DNA from: Candidatus Zixiibacteriota bacterium
GTDB taxonomy: Bacteria; Zixibacteria; MSB-5A5; UBA10806; 4484-95
Direction of reading: 5' to 3'
Length of the DNA stretch: 64,000 bases
Assembly (NCBI GenBank): GCA_037441845.1
Contig: JBBIRK010000004.1
Coordinates: forward strand, 191,074-255,073
Below, one piece after another: positions 19,120-29,463 of the stretch (positions are counted from its first letter, which is position 1; the number at the start of each line of letters is the position of its first letter). The notes below the pieces were generated by a model that had not been told where the DNA came from, made no database searches, and worked only from the letters and a program-made list of their open reading frames with translations. A program made the translations under genes and the position numbers.

Positions 19120-21123
19120 ATGCCTGAAAAAACAAAAGGTACGGCCAAAAAGGCCGCAGCGAAATCAAGGAAAAAAGGAGGTGAAACCAAAACCAAATCC
19201 GACAAGATAAAACGCGACAAAAAAGAATCGGTCATCTCCAAGCGCGGTCTTGAACCGGAAATCGAGGAGATCGAAACTCCGGTAAAAAAGACACGCACCA
19301 AAACCCCCCGCACGAAAATCAAAAAAATCGAAGCCGGCGAAATGTCGGTAATCGATATCGAAGAGCAGGAATATACCGAGGACGAATATAATCAAATGCT
19401 TGCTCTCTACGAAAACACGATCAGGGATTTCAAAGAGGGCGAGATCGTAAAAGGTACCGTGCTCGGGGTTACCCGTGACGATGTGATTGTCGATGTGGGT
19501 TTCAAATCGGAGGGCATAATACCTATTGCGGAATTTCCCGAACCGATAAATATCAAAGTCGGTGACCAAATCGATGTTTATCTTGAGGCGGTGGAAAACG
19601 CCGACGGCCAGCTCGTATTATCGAAACAAAAAGCCGATTTCCTGCGCGTTTGGGATCAGATCAAAGAAGCGCATGATTCGGGAGTGACGGTTACCGGCAA
19701 AGTCCTCCGAAGAATTAAAGGCGGCCTCGTTATTGATTTATACGGTGTCGAATGCTTCCTGCCCGGGTCGCAAGTTGCGCTGAGACAAGTGCCCGATTTC
19801 GACGCACTTATCAATGACACCATGGATGTCAAAATAATCAAGATCAACAAATCGCGACGCAATATAGTGGTTTCCCGCCGCGCCGTGCTCGAAGAGGAAC
19901 GCAATCGTATGCGCGATTCGCTGCTCAAAGAAATCGAACCCGGGCAGGTGCGTGAGGGCGTGGTCAAGAACGTGACAGATTTCGGCGTGTTTATCGATCT
20001 GGGCGGCGTCGATGGGCTGTTGCATATAACGGATATGTCGTGGGGACGAATCGTTCATCCCTCCGAAATCACCAAATTGGGCCAAAAAATCAAGGTAAAA
20101 ATCCTCGATTTCGACAAGAGCACAGGGCGAATTTCCCTCGGATTGAAACAGCTTACTCCATATCCTTGGGAAAACGTCGAGGAAAAATACCCGGTGAATT
20201 CCCGGGTAAAGGGTAAAGTCGTATCGATCACCGATTACGGCGCCTTCGTCGAACTCGAAAGAGGTGTCGAGGGGCTTATCCACATATCCGAAATGTCGTG
20301 GACGCAACATATTAAACACCCTTCGAAAATCCTCTCCACCGGCGATATCGTCGAGGCGGTTGTGCTTAGTGTCGATAAGGAAAACGAAAAAATATCCCTC
20401 GGCCTGAAACAACTCGAGCCGGATCCCTGGTTGACTCTCGATCGTAAGTATCCGATCGGAATGGTGGTCAGAGGCAAGGTGAGGAATCTTACGACTTTCG
20501 GCGCATTTGTCGAAATCGACGACGGAATCGACGGCCTGGTTCATATTTCCGACATGTCTTGGACCAAGAGGATCCAGCATCCATCGGAAATCATGAAGAA
20601 AAACGACGAGATCGAGGTCCGGATTTTAAGCATAGATAAAGAAAACAGAAGGATATCACTTGGCCACAAGCAGGTAAAAGAAGATCCGTGGCCGGTTCTG
20701 GAATACAAATATGCCGTCAATACCGAAACCCTGGGGACCATCACCAGAATTCTCGACAGGGGCGTGATAGTCGATCTCGACGGGGAAGTCGAGGGTTTCG
20801 TGCCGACCAACAAACTCGGAAAGCCGGATATCACCAAACCGGCGGAGGCGTTTTCCGTCGGAGATCAGATTCCCTTGCAGGTTATAGAATTCGATTCCAA
20901 AAACCGCAGGATAATTTTGTCGGTCGATGCTTACTACGCTTCGAGGGAAAAAAGCGAATTGGAGGAATTCCTCGCCAAACATCCAACACGTACGATAAAG
21001 TTCAGCGAAGCGATCGGAGAAGAATCGCTCGATTCACGGATTGCGGTCGAAACAGGCTCGGTCGAACCGGAAACCTCATCCGAACAGATTACCCCGGAGC
21101 CCGGCGAGAATATTCAAAACTAA
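19120..21123 (+). CDS. rpsA: 30S ribosomal protein S1 (six S1 domains, basic N-terminal extension)
   Basis: VDVGFKSEG, FLPGSQ, repeated FG.FV/I...GL.HISD/EMSW and RISLG repeats; follows cmk-plsC. Confidence 0.97.
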   Translation: MPEKTKGTAKKAAAKSRKKGGETKTKSDKIKRDKKESVISKRGLEPEIEEIETPVKKTRTKTPRTKIKKIEAGEMSVIDIEEQEYTEDEYNQMLALYENTIRDFKEGEIVKGTVLGVTRDDVIVDVGFKSEGIIPIAEFPEPINIKVGDQIDVYLEAVENADGQLVLSKQKADFLRVWDQIKEAHDSGVTVTGKVLRRIKGGLVIDLYGVECFLPGSQVALRQVPDFDALINDTMDVKIIKINKSRRNIVVSRRAVLEEERNRMRDSLLKEIEPGQVREGVVKNVTDFGVFIDLGGVDGLLHITDMSWGRIVHPSEITKLGQKIKVKILDFDKSTGRISLGLKQLTPYPWENVEEKYPVNSRVKGKVVSITDYGAFVELERGVEGLIHISEMSWTQHIKHPSKILSTGDIVEAVVLSVDKENEKISLGLKQLEPDPWLTLDRKYPIGMVVRGKVRNLTTFGAFVEIDDGIDGLVHISDMSWTKRIQHPSEIMKKNDEIEVRILSIDKENRRISLGHKQVKEDPWPVLEYKYAVNTETLGTITRILDRGVIVDLDGEVEGFVPTNKLGKPDITKPAEAFSVGDQIPLQVIEFDSKNRRIILSVDAYYASREKSELEEFLAKHPTRTIKFSEAIGEESLDSRIAVETGSVEPETSSEQITPEPGENIQN

Positions 21124-21144
21124 GGGGAAACAATCCGACTTTAG

Positions 21145-21174
21145 AAGGGCGTTCGGGATTATCCGAACGCCCTT
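21145..21174 (+). terminator. stem-loop after rpsA (terminator or stabiliser)
   Basis: 12-bp perfect stem AAGGGCGTTCGG/CCGAACGCCCTT with loop GATTAT; weak U-tail. Confidence 0.65.
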
Positions 21175-21201
21175 ACCGTTTAGCCGCTTGAAACAGCAGT
21201 A

Positions 21202-21231
21202 TTGACATTGCCGTCCGCCATTCCGTAGAAT
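21202..21231 (+). promoter_or_regulatory. sigma70-type promoter for the msbA-like LPS operon
   Basis: TTGACA-18 bp-TAGAAT. Confidence 0.6.
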
Positions 21232-21245
21232 ATACAAATGATATA

Positions 21246-23114
21246 TTGTTCAAAAATCCGCTTTCACCACCTTTGATCGAAGAGGTACAATTGCCGCTGT
21301 ATTTTCGTCTGCTTGGATTCTTAAAGCCGCACCTGAAATATTTTGTCCCGGCGGTGTTTTCCATGAGCCTGTTGGCCTTTACCAGCGGGATCTCACTTAC
21401 CACGATCGTGCCCGTAACGCAGATAATTTTCGAATCGCATGTCTCGGCGCCTCCCTTTAACGCAGAACATTATACGATCAAGGACCTGCTTCGATTCGAC
21501 CGCCATGCGGTTATTCAATTGATAGGGGGAAGTTCTATAGAGGAGCGTTTGTTCAGAGTCTGCGTTTTTATTTTTCTGATATTCTTGATTAAGAATATAT
21601 TCTGGTATATCCAAAACTATTTCGTTATAAGAGTGGAGCAGGGGGTCATCCGGGATTTGAGAAACGTCATCTATGAGAAATATCACTCCTTGCCATTGAC
21701 GTTTTTTCACGAAAAGAGAGCCGGCGAACTTATTTCGCGTGTAACCAACGATGTCACTTTGGTCAGAGGCGCAGTCTGCAACGGCTTATCCGATCTGATA
21801 AGAAATATATTTCTTTTCATTTTTTATTTGACCGTGGCCCTGCTTGCCTCCTGGCGGATGGCATTGGCGGCTCTTATCGTTTTCCCCCCGGCCATTCTCA
21901 TAATCAGCCTAATCGGAAGGAAGCTGCGCATTAACTCGACTATAACCCAGGAAAAAATGGCGGCCGTAACCTCGATAATTCAGGAAACGGTAATGGGCAT
22001 TCGGGTGGTGAAAGCGTTCAGCATGGAGAAATTCGAGATTTACAGATTCGCAAGACAAGTGGGCGATTATTTCAAAACCATGGTTCGGCTGACTCGAATA
22101 GCCTCGCTGGGCGTGCCGCTTACGGAGCTGCTCGGAGCAGCCGCCGGCGCGCTGATACTTTGGTATGGCGGAAGGCAGATAATTTCCGGCGGTGATCTCA
22201 CCACCAGCACGTTTATGTTGTTCATGCTTGCGGCTTTTTCGATGATCGATCCGATTAAAAAAATCAGCCAGGTTAACATCGATATCCAACAGGGTCTGGC
22301 GGCATCCAAGAGGATTTTCGAGATTTTGGACACGCCGCCGGCTATAACCGATAAAAAGGAGGCGATCAATCTCGATGGATTCAGGTCGGAAATCAGGTAC
22401 GAGCATGTGAATTTCAGTTACGGCGAAAACGAATTTTCATTGAAAGACATTGATTTCAAGTTGAAGCGGGGGGAGATACTTGCCCTCGTGGGACCCTCTG
22501 GCGGCGGTAAATCGACTATCGTCGATCTGTTGCCGAGATTCTACGATCCGGATTCCGGACGGGTCACTATCGACGGGATAGATATAAGAGACGTTTCGCT
22601 CGGCTCGCTGAGATCGCTTTTGGGGATAGTTACACAAGACACCATATTATTCAACGACACGATCGCCGCCAATATCGCCTACGGTAGCGCCGATATTTCG
22701 CCGGATAGATTGAAATCGGCGGCGACCGCCGCATTCGCGGACGAATTCATCGAGCGTTTTCCGAACGGCTATGATACGATGATCGGCGACCGGGGGGTGC
22801 GTCTTTCGGGAGGGCAGCGACAAAGATTGGCGATCGCCCGGGCCTTGTTCAAAGATCCGCCGATCCTGATTTTCGATGAAGCCACTTCATCGCTCGACAG
22901 CGAATCCGAGCTGCTGATACAAAAGGCGATCGATAATCTACTTGCCGGCCGAACGGTGATCGTGGTCGCCCATAGACTTTCCACGATAAGAAACGCCGAT
23001 AAGATACTTGTCGTCAAGGACGGCCGGATCGCCGAACAGGGATCCCACGAAGAGCTGATCAGGAAAAACGGCGAGTATAAGAAGTTGTATGATATCCAAT
23101 TTATCGAAACCTGA
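21246..23114 (+). CDS. msbA: MsbA-like ABC transporter (fused permease/ATPase)
   Basis: GELISRVTND, GPSGGGKST, LSGGQRQR, IFDEATSSLD, AHRLST; LPS gene neighbourhood. True start may be the TTG at 21291. Confidence 0.8.
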   Translation: MFKNPLSPPLIEEVQLPLYFRLLGFLKPHLKYFVPAVFSMSLLAFTSGISLTTIVPVTQIIFESHVSAPPFNAEHYTIKDLLRFDRHAVIQLIGGSSIEERLFRVCVFIFLIFLIKNIFWYIQNYFVIRVEQGVIRDLRNVIYEKYHSLPLTFFHEKRAGELISRVTNDVTLVRGAVCNGLSDLIRNIFLFIFYLTVALLASWRMALAALIVFPPAILIISLIGRKLRINSTITQEKMAAVTSIIQETVMGIRVVKAFSMEKFEIYRFARQVGDYFKTMVRLTRIASLGVPLTELLGAAAGALILWYGGRQIISGGDLTTSTFMLFMLAAFSMIDPIKKISQVNIDIQQGLAASKRIFEILDTPPAITDKKEAINLDGFRSEIRYEHVNFSYGENEFSLKDIDFKLKRGEILALVGPSGGGKSTIVDLLPRFYDPDSGRVTIDGIDIRDVSLGSLRSLLGIVTQDTILFNDTIAANIAYGSADISPDRLKSAATAAFADEFIERFPNGYDTMIGDRGVRLSGGQRQRLAIARALFKDPPILIFDEATSSLDSESELLIQKAIDNLLAGRTVIVVAHRLSTIRNADKILVVKDGRIAEQGSHEELIRKNGEYKKLYDIQFIET

Positions 23115-23171
23115 CGAACGGATTCCGTTCACAATCGGTTTGCGAGCAACCAATTAAAAACAAGATCGCGA

Positions 23172-24308
23172 ATGGAACGCGTAAATCCATATTTGAATAA
23201 TTTCGCTTTCTATCTGCTTTTGCTTATGGCATTGATTCTGGTTTTATCCAATGCGCTGGCGGTTACTCTCGCCTGCATCATCTTTGTTACTTGGTTGATG
23301 CAGACGATCGCTTACCGAAGGCATATTTATCGCGACTATCCGCTTTTCAAGCTTCTATGCGCTTTTATAGTTTACAAGCTGCTGGTGTTGCTGATCGCCG
23401 GGTATGAGAACGGATTCGGCAGGGCCTTAAGCCAGATCGCCTTTCCTCTGTTATATCTGGTGGTTCCGGCGATAGTCGTAACCGCGGAACGACGCCGCAA
23501 CGTGATCTGGTTGATAATCGCCGGCGCAATTATAGCCTCCGGATACGGATTGGTCAAATATCATATCGGTATAGAAAGCCGTATATCTTCTTTCGTTTCT
23601 GGCTATTACACACTGGGCTCGTATCTCTGCCTGGTTATCGGGATCCTCTTGGTGATGTTCGCTAATGCCGGTTCTTTCAAAGAGCGGACGTTTCTGGGAC
23701 TCGTAACGGTTCCGCTGGTTGCCGCACTAATTTTGACCTATGTAAGGGCGGCGTATCTTGCCCTGTTCATCGTCGTGATTATAATCGGTCTGATGAAAGA
23801 TCGGCGTGTGCTTGCGGTGCTGGCGCTGGTTGTGATCGCCCTGATTTTCATTATTCCCGGCACAGGCGCCAAGGTTCGGCAGCGGCTCGATTTTTCAGCG
23901 CCTAACGTCCTTTCAGAAAGGGATATTCTTTGGAGCGAGGGATTGAGCCGGGCGAAAGACGTTCCCTTTTTCGGGTATGGGATCAACAGTTTTCCGGCCC
24001 TTTTCGATGTTAAGACCGATTCCCGTGTGGAGGACAAATCGATTTCCACATGGCATAATATGTACCTTGAGGCCTTACTCGACGGCGGCCCGTTATCCCT
24101 GATTTTCCAGATTGCGCTTTTACTTTTCCAAGGCAGACATTCACTTGCGATTTATCGCCGCACCCGCGATCCCGAAAAAAGAATGATGCATTTGATCGTT
24201 TTGGTTGTTCTTGTAATTGTGGCGGTGATGGGGATTTTCGCCGATGTCTTGCGCGACCCGATAATTTCGTTATTCTTTTGGCTGATTCTCGGGCTGTCGA
24301 TTATTTGA
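23172..24308 (+). CDS. O-antigen ligase family protein
   Basis: multiple TM helices, LTYVRAAY, R..LW, P.FGYG, WHNMYLE. Confidence 0.85.
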   Translation: MERVNPYLNNFAFYLLLLMALILVLSNALAVTLACIIFVTWLMQTIAYRRHIYRDYPLFKLLCAFIVYKLLVLLIAGYENGFGRALSQIAFPLLYLVVPAIVVTAERRRNVIWLIIAGAIIASGYGLVKYHIGIESRISSFVSGYYTLGSYLCLVIGILLVMFANAGSFKERTFLGLVTVPLVAALILTYVRAAYLALFIVVIIIGLMKDRRVLAVLALVVIALIFIIPGTGAKVRQRLDFSAPNVLSERDILWSEGLSRAKDVPFFGYGINSFPALFDVKTDSRVEDKSISTWHNMYLEALLDGGPLSLIFQIALLLFQGRHSLAIYRRTRDPEKRMMHLIVLVVLVIVAVMGIFADVLRDPIISLFFWLILGLSII

Positions 24309-24368
24309 TTCGAAAATCCGTCTTGATGAAGTTCATTATCACGATCACATAGATTCAAGAAGTTAAGC

Positions 24369-25367
24369 ATGCGCCGTCTGAAAGTTTCCGATTTCAAAAA
24401 ATTCCTGATAATCAGACCCGATCGAATCGGTGATCTCGTGCTGACCCTGCCTATGGCTTCGCTTTTGAAAAATCTATGGCCCAAATTGGAAATTCATTAT
24501 TTAGTGTCAGATTATGCCGCGCCGGTGATCCGCTATTCGCCTCATGTCGATGATTATTTGCTTTATACGGGTCCCGATGGCAATCCGCTGGCATTGTCCG
24601 AGCTCGTATCAAGTATCGAAAAAAACGATTACGACGCAGCCGTTTTTGCCAAGCCGAACTGGCGCTCGGCGCTGGCAGTTTATCTGGCCGGGGTCAAGGT
24701 AAGAATCGGCACTTCGAGACGGCCTTATTCGTTTCTATTTAATGTCAGGGAAAGCATCACCCGTCGGAATTCGAATATGCATGAAGTCGATTTGAATCTA
24801 ATGTTGTTGCGGCCGCTTGGATTTACATTACAGCCCTGCCTGATGGACCCCGAACTGCGGGTTCCACCGACTGGACAAACCTCCCCTTTTACCCTTAATC
24901 TTCCCGAAAAATATGCCGTTATCCATATTGGATCCAAAGGCTCGGCTCCCAATTGGCCGAAATCGAGGTATTTAGGGCTGGCCGAGGCGCTTACGGCCAA
25001 GCTGCCGGTTGTCTTGACCGGCCAGGAAGAAATATCCATTTGTTCCGATAAAATAATAAATATGATCGGCAAGACTTCGTTGGACCAACTGATCGTCTTG
25101 ATAGAAAAAGCCAAACTGTTCGTTTCCGGCAGCACCGGGCCGATGCATCTGGCGGCGGCGATGGGCAAAAATGTATTGGCATTTTTCCCCGATCACCCCA
25201 GGTTAGGCCCGCAACGCTGGGGACCGCGTGGCGGCCAAGCCCGCATTCTCCAACCGGACAAACAAAAAGGGCATAAATGTCGTATTATGAATAATGGATC
25301 CTGTGAATGCTTCGATCCGATTACGGTGGAAATGGCATATCGGGCGGCTTGCGAGTTGCTAAAATGA
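24369..25367 (+). CDS. glycosyltransferase family 9 (LPS heptosyltransferase)
   Basis: IIRPDRIGDLVLTLP, STGPMHLAAA, RWGP. Confidence 0.9.
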   Translation: MRRLKVSDFKKFLIIRPDRIGDLVLTLPMASLLKNLWPKLEIHYLVSDYAAPVIRYSPHVDDYLLYTGPDGNPLALSELVSSIEKNDYDAAVFAKPNWRSALAVYLAGVKVRIGTSRRPYSFLFNVRESITRRNSNMHEVDLNLMLLRPLGFTLQPCLMDPELRVPPTGQTSPFTLNLPEKYAVIHIGSKGSAPNWPKSRYLGLAEALTAKLPVVLTGQEEISICSDKIINMIGKTSLDQLIVLIEKAKLFVSGSTGPMHLAAAMGKNVLAFFPDHPRLGPQRWGPRGGQARILQPDKQKGHKCRIMNNGSCECFDPITVEMAYRAACELLK

Positions 25368-27526
25368 AAAAGCCAATGAATCTTGCTCAATTCATTATTT
25401 TTATCGAATCGTTCAATGCCAATATCGATATACCGCTTATCAAGAAAGCATACGAATTTTCCGACCGAGCCCATGCCGGTCAATTGCGGGAAAACGGCGA
25501 CCCTTTCATCGAACACTGTTTGGAAGTGGCTTTTATTCTGGCCGAACAACATATGGATTCCACGACCATAGCCGCCGGTCTGCTTCACGATGTAGTAGAG
25601 GATACGCAAATAAAGCTCGAGGACATAAGGCGGGAATTCAACGATGAAATCGCGCATATGGTCGGCGGATTGACCAAACTGCTCGGACTCACCTATAAAT
25701 CAACCACCGAGAAGCAGGTGGAATACTTCAGGAATATGATTCTTTCCATGGCCGAGGATATTCGGGTGGTGACGATAAAACTCGCCGATAGGCTGCACAA
25801 TATGCGCACCATCGACCCGCTTCCGGAGGAGCGACGAAAGCAAATAGCCATGGAAACGAGGGAGATTTACGCCCCGCTCGCTCATCGTCTCGGCATGGCG
25901 AAAATCAAGTGCGAACTCGAAGATCTCGCATTCAAGTGCTTGGAACCGGAAAATTACGCTTATCTCGAGCGCAAAATCCGCGAAAGCCAGAACGAGCGCA
26001 ACGACTACATTAAATCCGTTGTCGAGCCTTTGAAAAAGGCGCTCGAGGAAAACGGCATCGCGGCCGAAATAAGCGGACGGGCCAAACATCTCGATTCCAT
26101 CTGGCGCAAAATGCAGAGACGAAAAGTCGATTTCGAAGGCATCTACGATTTGTTCGCCATCAGGGCGATCGTCGAATCCGAAAAAGATTGTTATCATACC
26201 CTCGGTATCGTGCATGGGCTGTGGAAGCCGGTCATGGAAAGATTTCATGACTATATCGCCAACGTAAAACCGAACATGTACCAATCGCTTCACACTACCG
26301 TTATAGGCCCCCAAAACCGCCCGGTTGAGATTCAGATTCGAACGAAATCGATGCATTATCGGGCTGAATACGGAATCGCCGCGCACTGGTTATACAAGGA
26401 AGGCAAGAGAAAATACGACGAGTCGGACAAGCGGATGGCCTGGGTCCGGGAAATACTCGAAATGCAAAAGGATTTGACCAATTCGGACGATTTTCTCGAA
26501 TACTTGAAGGTCGATTTATTCCAAGATGATATTTTCGTTTATACTCCTAAGGGCGAATTGATACATCTACCCAAAGGATCAACGCCATTGGATTTCGCGT
26601 TCGCGATTCATTCCGATCTCGGATTTCATTGCACAGGAGCCAAGATCGACGGGAAATTCATGCCGCTTACGACCCCTCTCAAGTCCGGGCAACTTGTCGA
26701 AATATTGAGGCAGCCGCATCAGCATCCTTCGACCGACTGGCTTAAAATAGTCAAAACCGGCAGAGCGAAAACCAAGATAAAACGATGGCTGGCCGAAAGG
26801 GGTTTCAATCAAGCGGTTCAACTCGGGCGGGAAATACTCGAGCGCGAATGTCGTCAAAAACGGATCAAATTCCCCGGCGAAAACAAATTGCTGGATATTG
26901 CGCAATCGCTGGGTCTTCCCGACGTGGATTCGCTTCTGGCGCGTCTCAGCTCCGGATCAATTTCGCTTACAGCGGTGCTTAATCGAATCGAGCCCCAAAA
27001 ACAAACCGGGCAACGAACGATCCTGGGGAAAATTTCAATCCCTACCCGTTTGCATCACCTCGGAGTCAAAGTTAAAGGTGCGGATAATCTCATGTTCAGG
27101 TTCGGTGCCTGCTGTCAACCCCTACCGGGCGAAAATATCGTCGGTTTCATCACCCGCGGGCGAGGGATTACCGTGCATCGGCAAGATTGCGCCACCATCG
27201 CTTATTCCGAAGAACGCGATCGACAAATCGAATTGACCTGGGATGTCGAGCCGGGTGAATCGTTTCTGATAAATCTCGAATTGATAGTGCAGGAACGCAA
27301 GAATTTGCTGAAAGATATCACCGATGCCGTGGCCAGTGTCGATGTCAACGTGCGGGGGGCCGAAATAAAAGGGAATGGCAAACCGCTTCCGGGTTCCGCC
27401 GCTATTGGGCATTTCGTGCTCGAAGTTTCGAATTTATCGCAGCTGAACAAGGCCATAAAAAAGATTTCCTCGATTTCCGGTGTGGTGGCCGTGGAACGCG
27501 CCAAGGGTCTGGTTGCCGATGAATAA
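25364..27526 (+). CDS. rel: bifunctional (p)ppGpp synthetase/hydrolase (long RSH)
   Basis: AHAGQLR, LLHDVVEDT (HD), KLADRLHNMRT, YQSLHT, EIQIRT, TGS (TPLDFAF.IH), CCQPLPG, ACT domain; ATG overlaps the upstream TGA. Confidence 0.96.
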   Translation: MKKPMNLAQFIIFIESFNANIDIPLIKKAYEFSDRAHAGQLRENGDPFIEHCLEVAFILAEQHMDSTTIAAGLLHDVVEDTQIKLEDIRREFNDEIAHMVGGLTKLLGLTYKSTTEKQVEYFRNMILSMAEDIRVVTIKLADRLHNMRTIDPLPEERRKQIAMETREIYAPLAHRLGMAKIKCELEDLAFKCLEPENYAYLERKIRESQNERNDYIKSVVEPLKKALEENGIAAEISGRAKHLDSIWRKMQRRKVDFEGIYDLFAIRAIVESEKDCYHTLGIVHGLWKPVMERFHDYIANVKPNMYQSLHTTVIGPQNRPVEIQIRTKSMHYRAEYGIAAHWLYKEGKRKYDESDKRMAWVREILEMQKDLTNSDDFLEYLKVDLFQDDIFVYTPKGELIHLPKGSTPLDFAFAIHSDLGFHCTGAKIDGKFMPLTTPLKSGQLVEILRQPHQHPSTDWLKIVKTGRAKTKIKRWLAERGFNQAVQLGREILERECRQKRIKFPGENKLLDIAQSLGLPDVDSLLARLSSGSISLTAVLNRIEPQKQTGQRTILGKISIPTRLHHLGVKVKGADNLMFRFGACCQPLPGENIVGFITRGRGITVHRQDCATIAYSEERDRQIELTWDVEPGESFLINLELIVQERKNLLKDITDAVASVDVNVRGAEIKGNGKPLPGSAAIGHFVLEVSNLSQLNKAIKKISSISGVVAVERAKGLVADE

Positions 27527-28211
27527 CATAAAGCCGAAAACGCTCGAGGGCGTCTCCTGGCTCGATTTCAGCGGCATTTTCGGTGTTCCATCGGGGATTA
27601 TCCTGAAAAATCCCGACCGTTCCGAAAAGGACTTATACGATTTTATAATCCGCAGGTGCACGGCCGGGCAGGATGCCGGTTCGCTGCGCTTGATTCGTCT
27701 AAACCAGAAACATACCAGCATCATCCGAAATGCGGAATCGGTTAGTGAACGTCCGGCCGATGGTGTATTCGCCGATAAACGGGATTTCGTGATTACTGTG
27801 CGCACGGCGGATTGCTTGCCGATTTTCCTTTACGATGGCAGGATCATCGCATTGCTGCATGCAGGATGGAGGGGATTATTGGCCGGAATAATTGATCGCT
27901 TTTTTCAAGAGGTGAAAGATTTCGATTGTGCCTCCGCAAAAGCAGTAATCGGTCCGGGAATAGGGCCATGTTGTTTCAATGTCGGACCGGAAGTCGCGAT
28001 TCTTTTCAATTCGGGTTATCTCAATAAGCGGCACGGCGCATTATTTATCGATCTCGGGTGTTTTGCTGTTGACGCATTGGCCGCTGGCGGAATAAAATAT
28101 ATTTATCGTTATGAGCCTTGTAATGCCTGTGAACCGGCGATTTATCATTCGTTCAGGCAGGAGGGGGTCAAAACGGGGCAAATGCTGGCCTTTATGCGAT
28201 TAGGAGGGTAG
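27519..28211 (+). CDS. pgeF: YfiH/PgeF (purine nucleoside phosphorylase / laccase-domain) protein
   Basis: QKH, ADG, RTADCLP, HAGWRG, GPGIG.CCF, SFR. Confidence 0.88.
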   Translation: MNNIKPKTLEGVSWLDFSGIFGVPSGIILKNPDRSEKDLYDFIIRRCTAGQDAGSLRLIRLNQKHTSIIRNAESVSERPADGVFADKRDFVITVRTADCLPIFLYDGRIIALLHAGWRGLLAGIIDRFFQEVKDFDCASAKAVIGPGIGPCCFNVGPEVAILFNSGYLNKRHGALFIDLGCFAVDALAAGGIKYIYRYEPCNACEPAIYHSFRQEGVKTGQMLAFMRLGG

Positions 28212-28212
28212 T

Positions 28213-28830
28213 ATGTTACGATATATCATAGTCGCTGTCGTATTGTCGGCCGATTGCGCTTTCGGACTGACGGGAATCGGTTTGGGGGTTCACGCCGGTA
28301 GATTGAGCAATTTTGATTATGAGCCTCTGGCCGACAGCCTGGAGCGGGCTGCCGCATTGTTTGGCTGGGAGAAGTCAACGTTAGATGATGACATGACTAC
28401 GATCGGGGTTCATCTCGATGTAGGGACTTTCCAGGTGATCGAAATTACGGGGAACGTCGATTATACCTGGAAAAAAACCGAACTTTCCCCGGATGTGGAT
28501 TTTCGTCTTTCGGTATTTTCTTATGGCGCGGGGGTAAGAAAGAAATTCTTGCAATCGATTATCAAGCCGTTCATCGGGGCCGGAGTGGGCATTCACAGGT
28601 TGGCCAGTTCGTTCGAATCTTCTTATTCGCCGGCCGATAGAATAACGGTCATCGCCATGATTCCGGAGAACCAGTCAAAAATCGGTTATTATGTAGCCGC
28701 CGGCCTTTCCCTCGAAATTCCCATGTTGCCATTAAAGCCGTATGGCGAGTATCGTTATAACATGATTAACACAAGAGATGAGTCGACCAAATTCGGCACA
28801 TTGATTATCGGCGTCACCTTAGGCATGTAA
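28213..28830 (+). CDS. outer membrane beta-barrel protein
   Basis: signal peptide, alternating amphipathic strands, KPFIGAGVG. Confidence 0.75.
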   Translation: MLRYIIVAVVLSADCAFGLTGIGLGVHAGRLSNFDYEPLADSLERAAALFGWEKSTLDDDMTTIGVHLDVGTFQVIEITGNVDYTWKKTELSPDVDFRLSVFSYGAGVRKKFLQSIIKPFIGAGVGIHRLASSFESSYSPADRITVIAMIPENQSKIGYYVAAGLSLEIPMLPLKPYGEYRYNMINTRDESTKFGTLIIGVTLGM

Positions 28831-28850
28831 TTTTTCAAAGGAGGATCGAT

Positions 28851-29459
28851 TTGAAATTCAACGCAGTATTGAGTCTTGTGCTGGTCATCATTTTGGGATC
28901 GACGACGCAAGCACAATTCACCGGTCAATTGGCTCCCGCCCCGACGATAATGAAAGGCACCATGCAAGGCGCAGCCAATGTCGGGCTTTATGACGGAGCG
29001 ATTGCACTCCTCGGCCATTTAAGATACGGGATCGGCGGATATACCGATCTCGGTTTCAGGGCTGGATTCATCGATTTCAGCGAGGGCAGAAGCGATGAAA
29101 GCGCGCTGCTTCTCGGCGGCGATATTAAATATCAGGTTCTTGAACTCAGAATAAAAGATCCATTCGACCTGTCGGTGGGCGGGATGACCGAAACGATGCT
29201 CGGCACCCCCGGAGACTACATCACCGTCGGCGGTTCCGTTATTGGGTCATATCCCGTAAGACTGAATACTGGCAAGAATTTGACACCCTATGGTAGGTTG
29301 CTGCTTCGTTTGACTTGGTTTGAAGGCGGCGGTGATGATTTCGACCCGGCTTTCACGGCCGGTGCCAACCTCGAACTGGGAAGAACAACCTCGTTATCGG
29401 CGGAGTTTCAATTCGATGATCCGTTCGGCTTTTTGGTCGGAATAAATTTCGGATTATAG
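28851..29459 (+). CDS. outer membrane beta-barrel protein
   Basis: signal peptide, amphipathic strands, terminal GINFGL. Confidence 0.7.
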   Translation: MKFNAVLSLVLVIILGSTTQAQFTGQLAPAPTIMKGTMQGAANVGLYDGAIALLGHLRYGIGGYTDLGFRAGFIDFSEGRSDESALLLGGDIKYQVLELRIKDPFDLSVGGMTETMLGTPGDYITVGGSVIGSYPVRLNTGKNLTPYGRLLLRLTWFEGGGDDFDPAFTAGANLELGRTTSLSAEFQFDDPFGFLVGINFGL

Positions 29460-29463
29460 CCGG

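Noticed and set aside
19738..20580. 280-aa minus-strand ORF
   Set aside because: Antisense shadow of rpsA.
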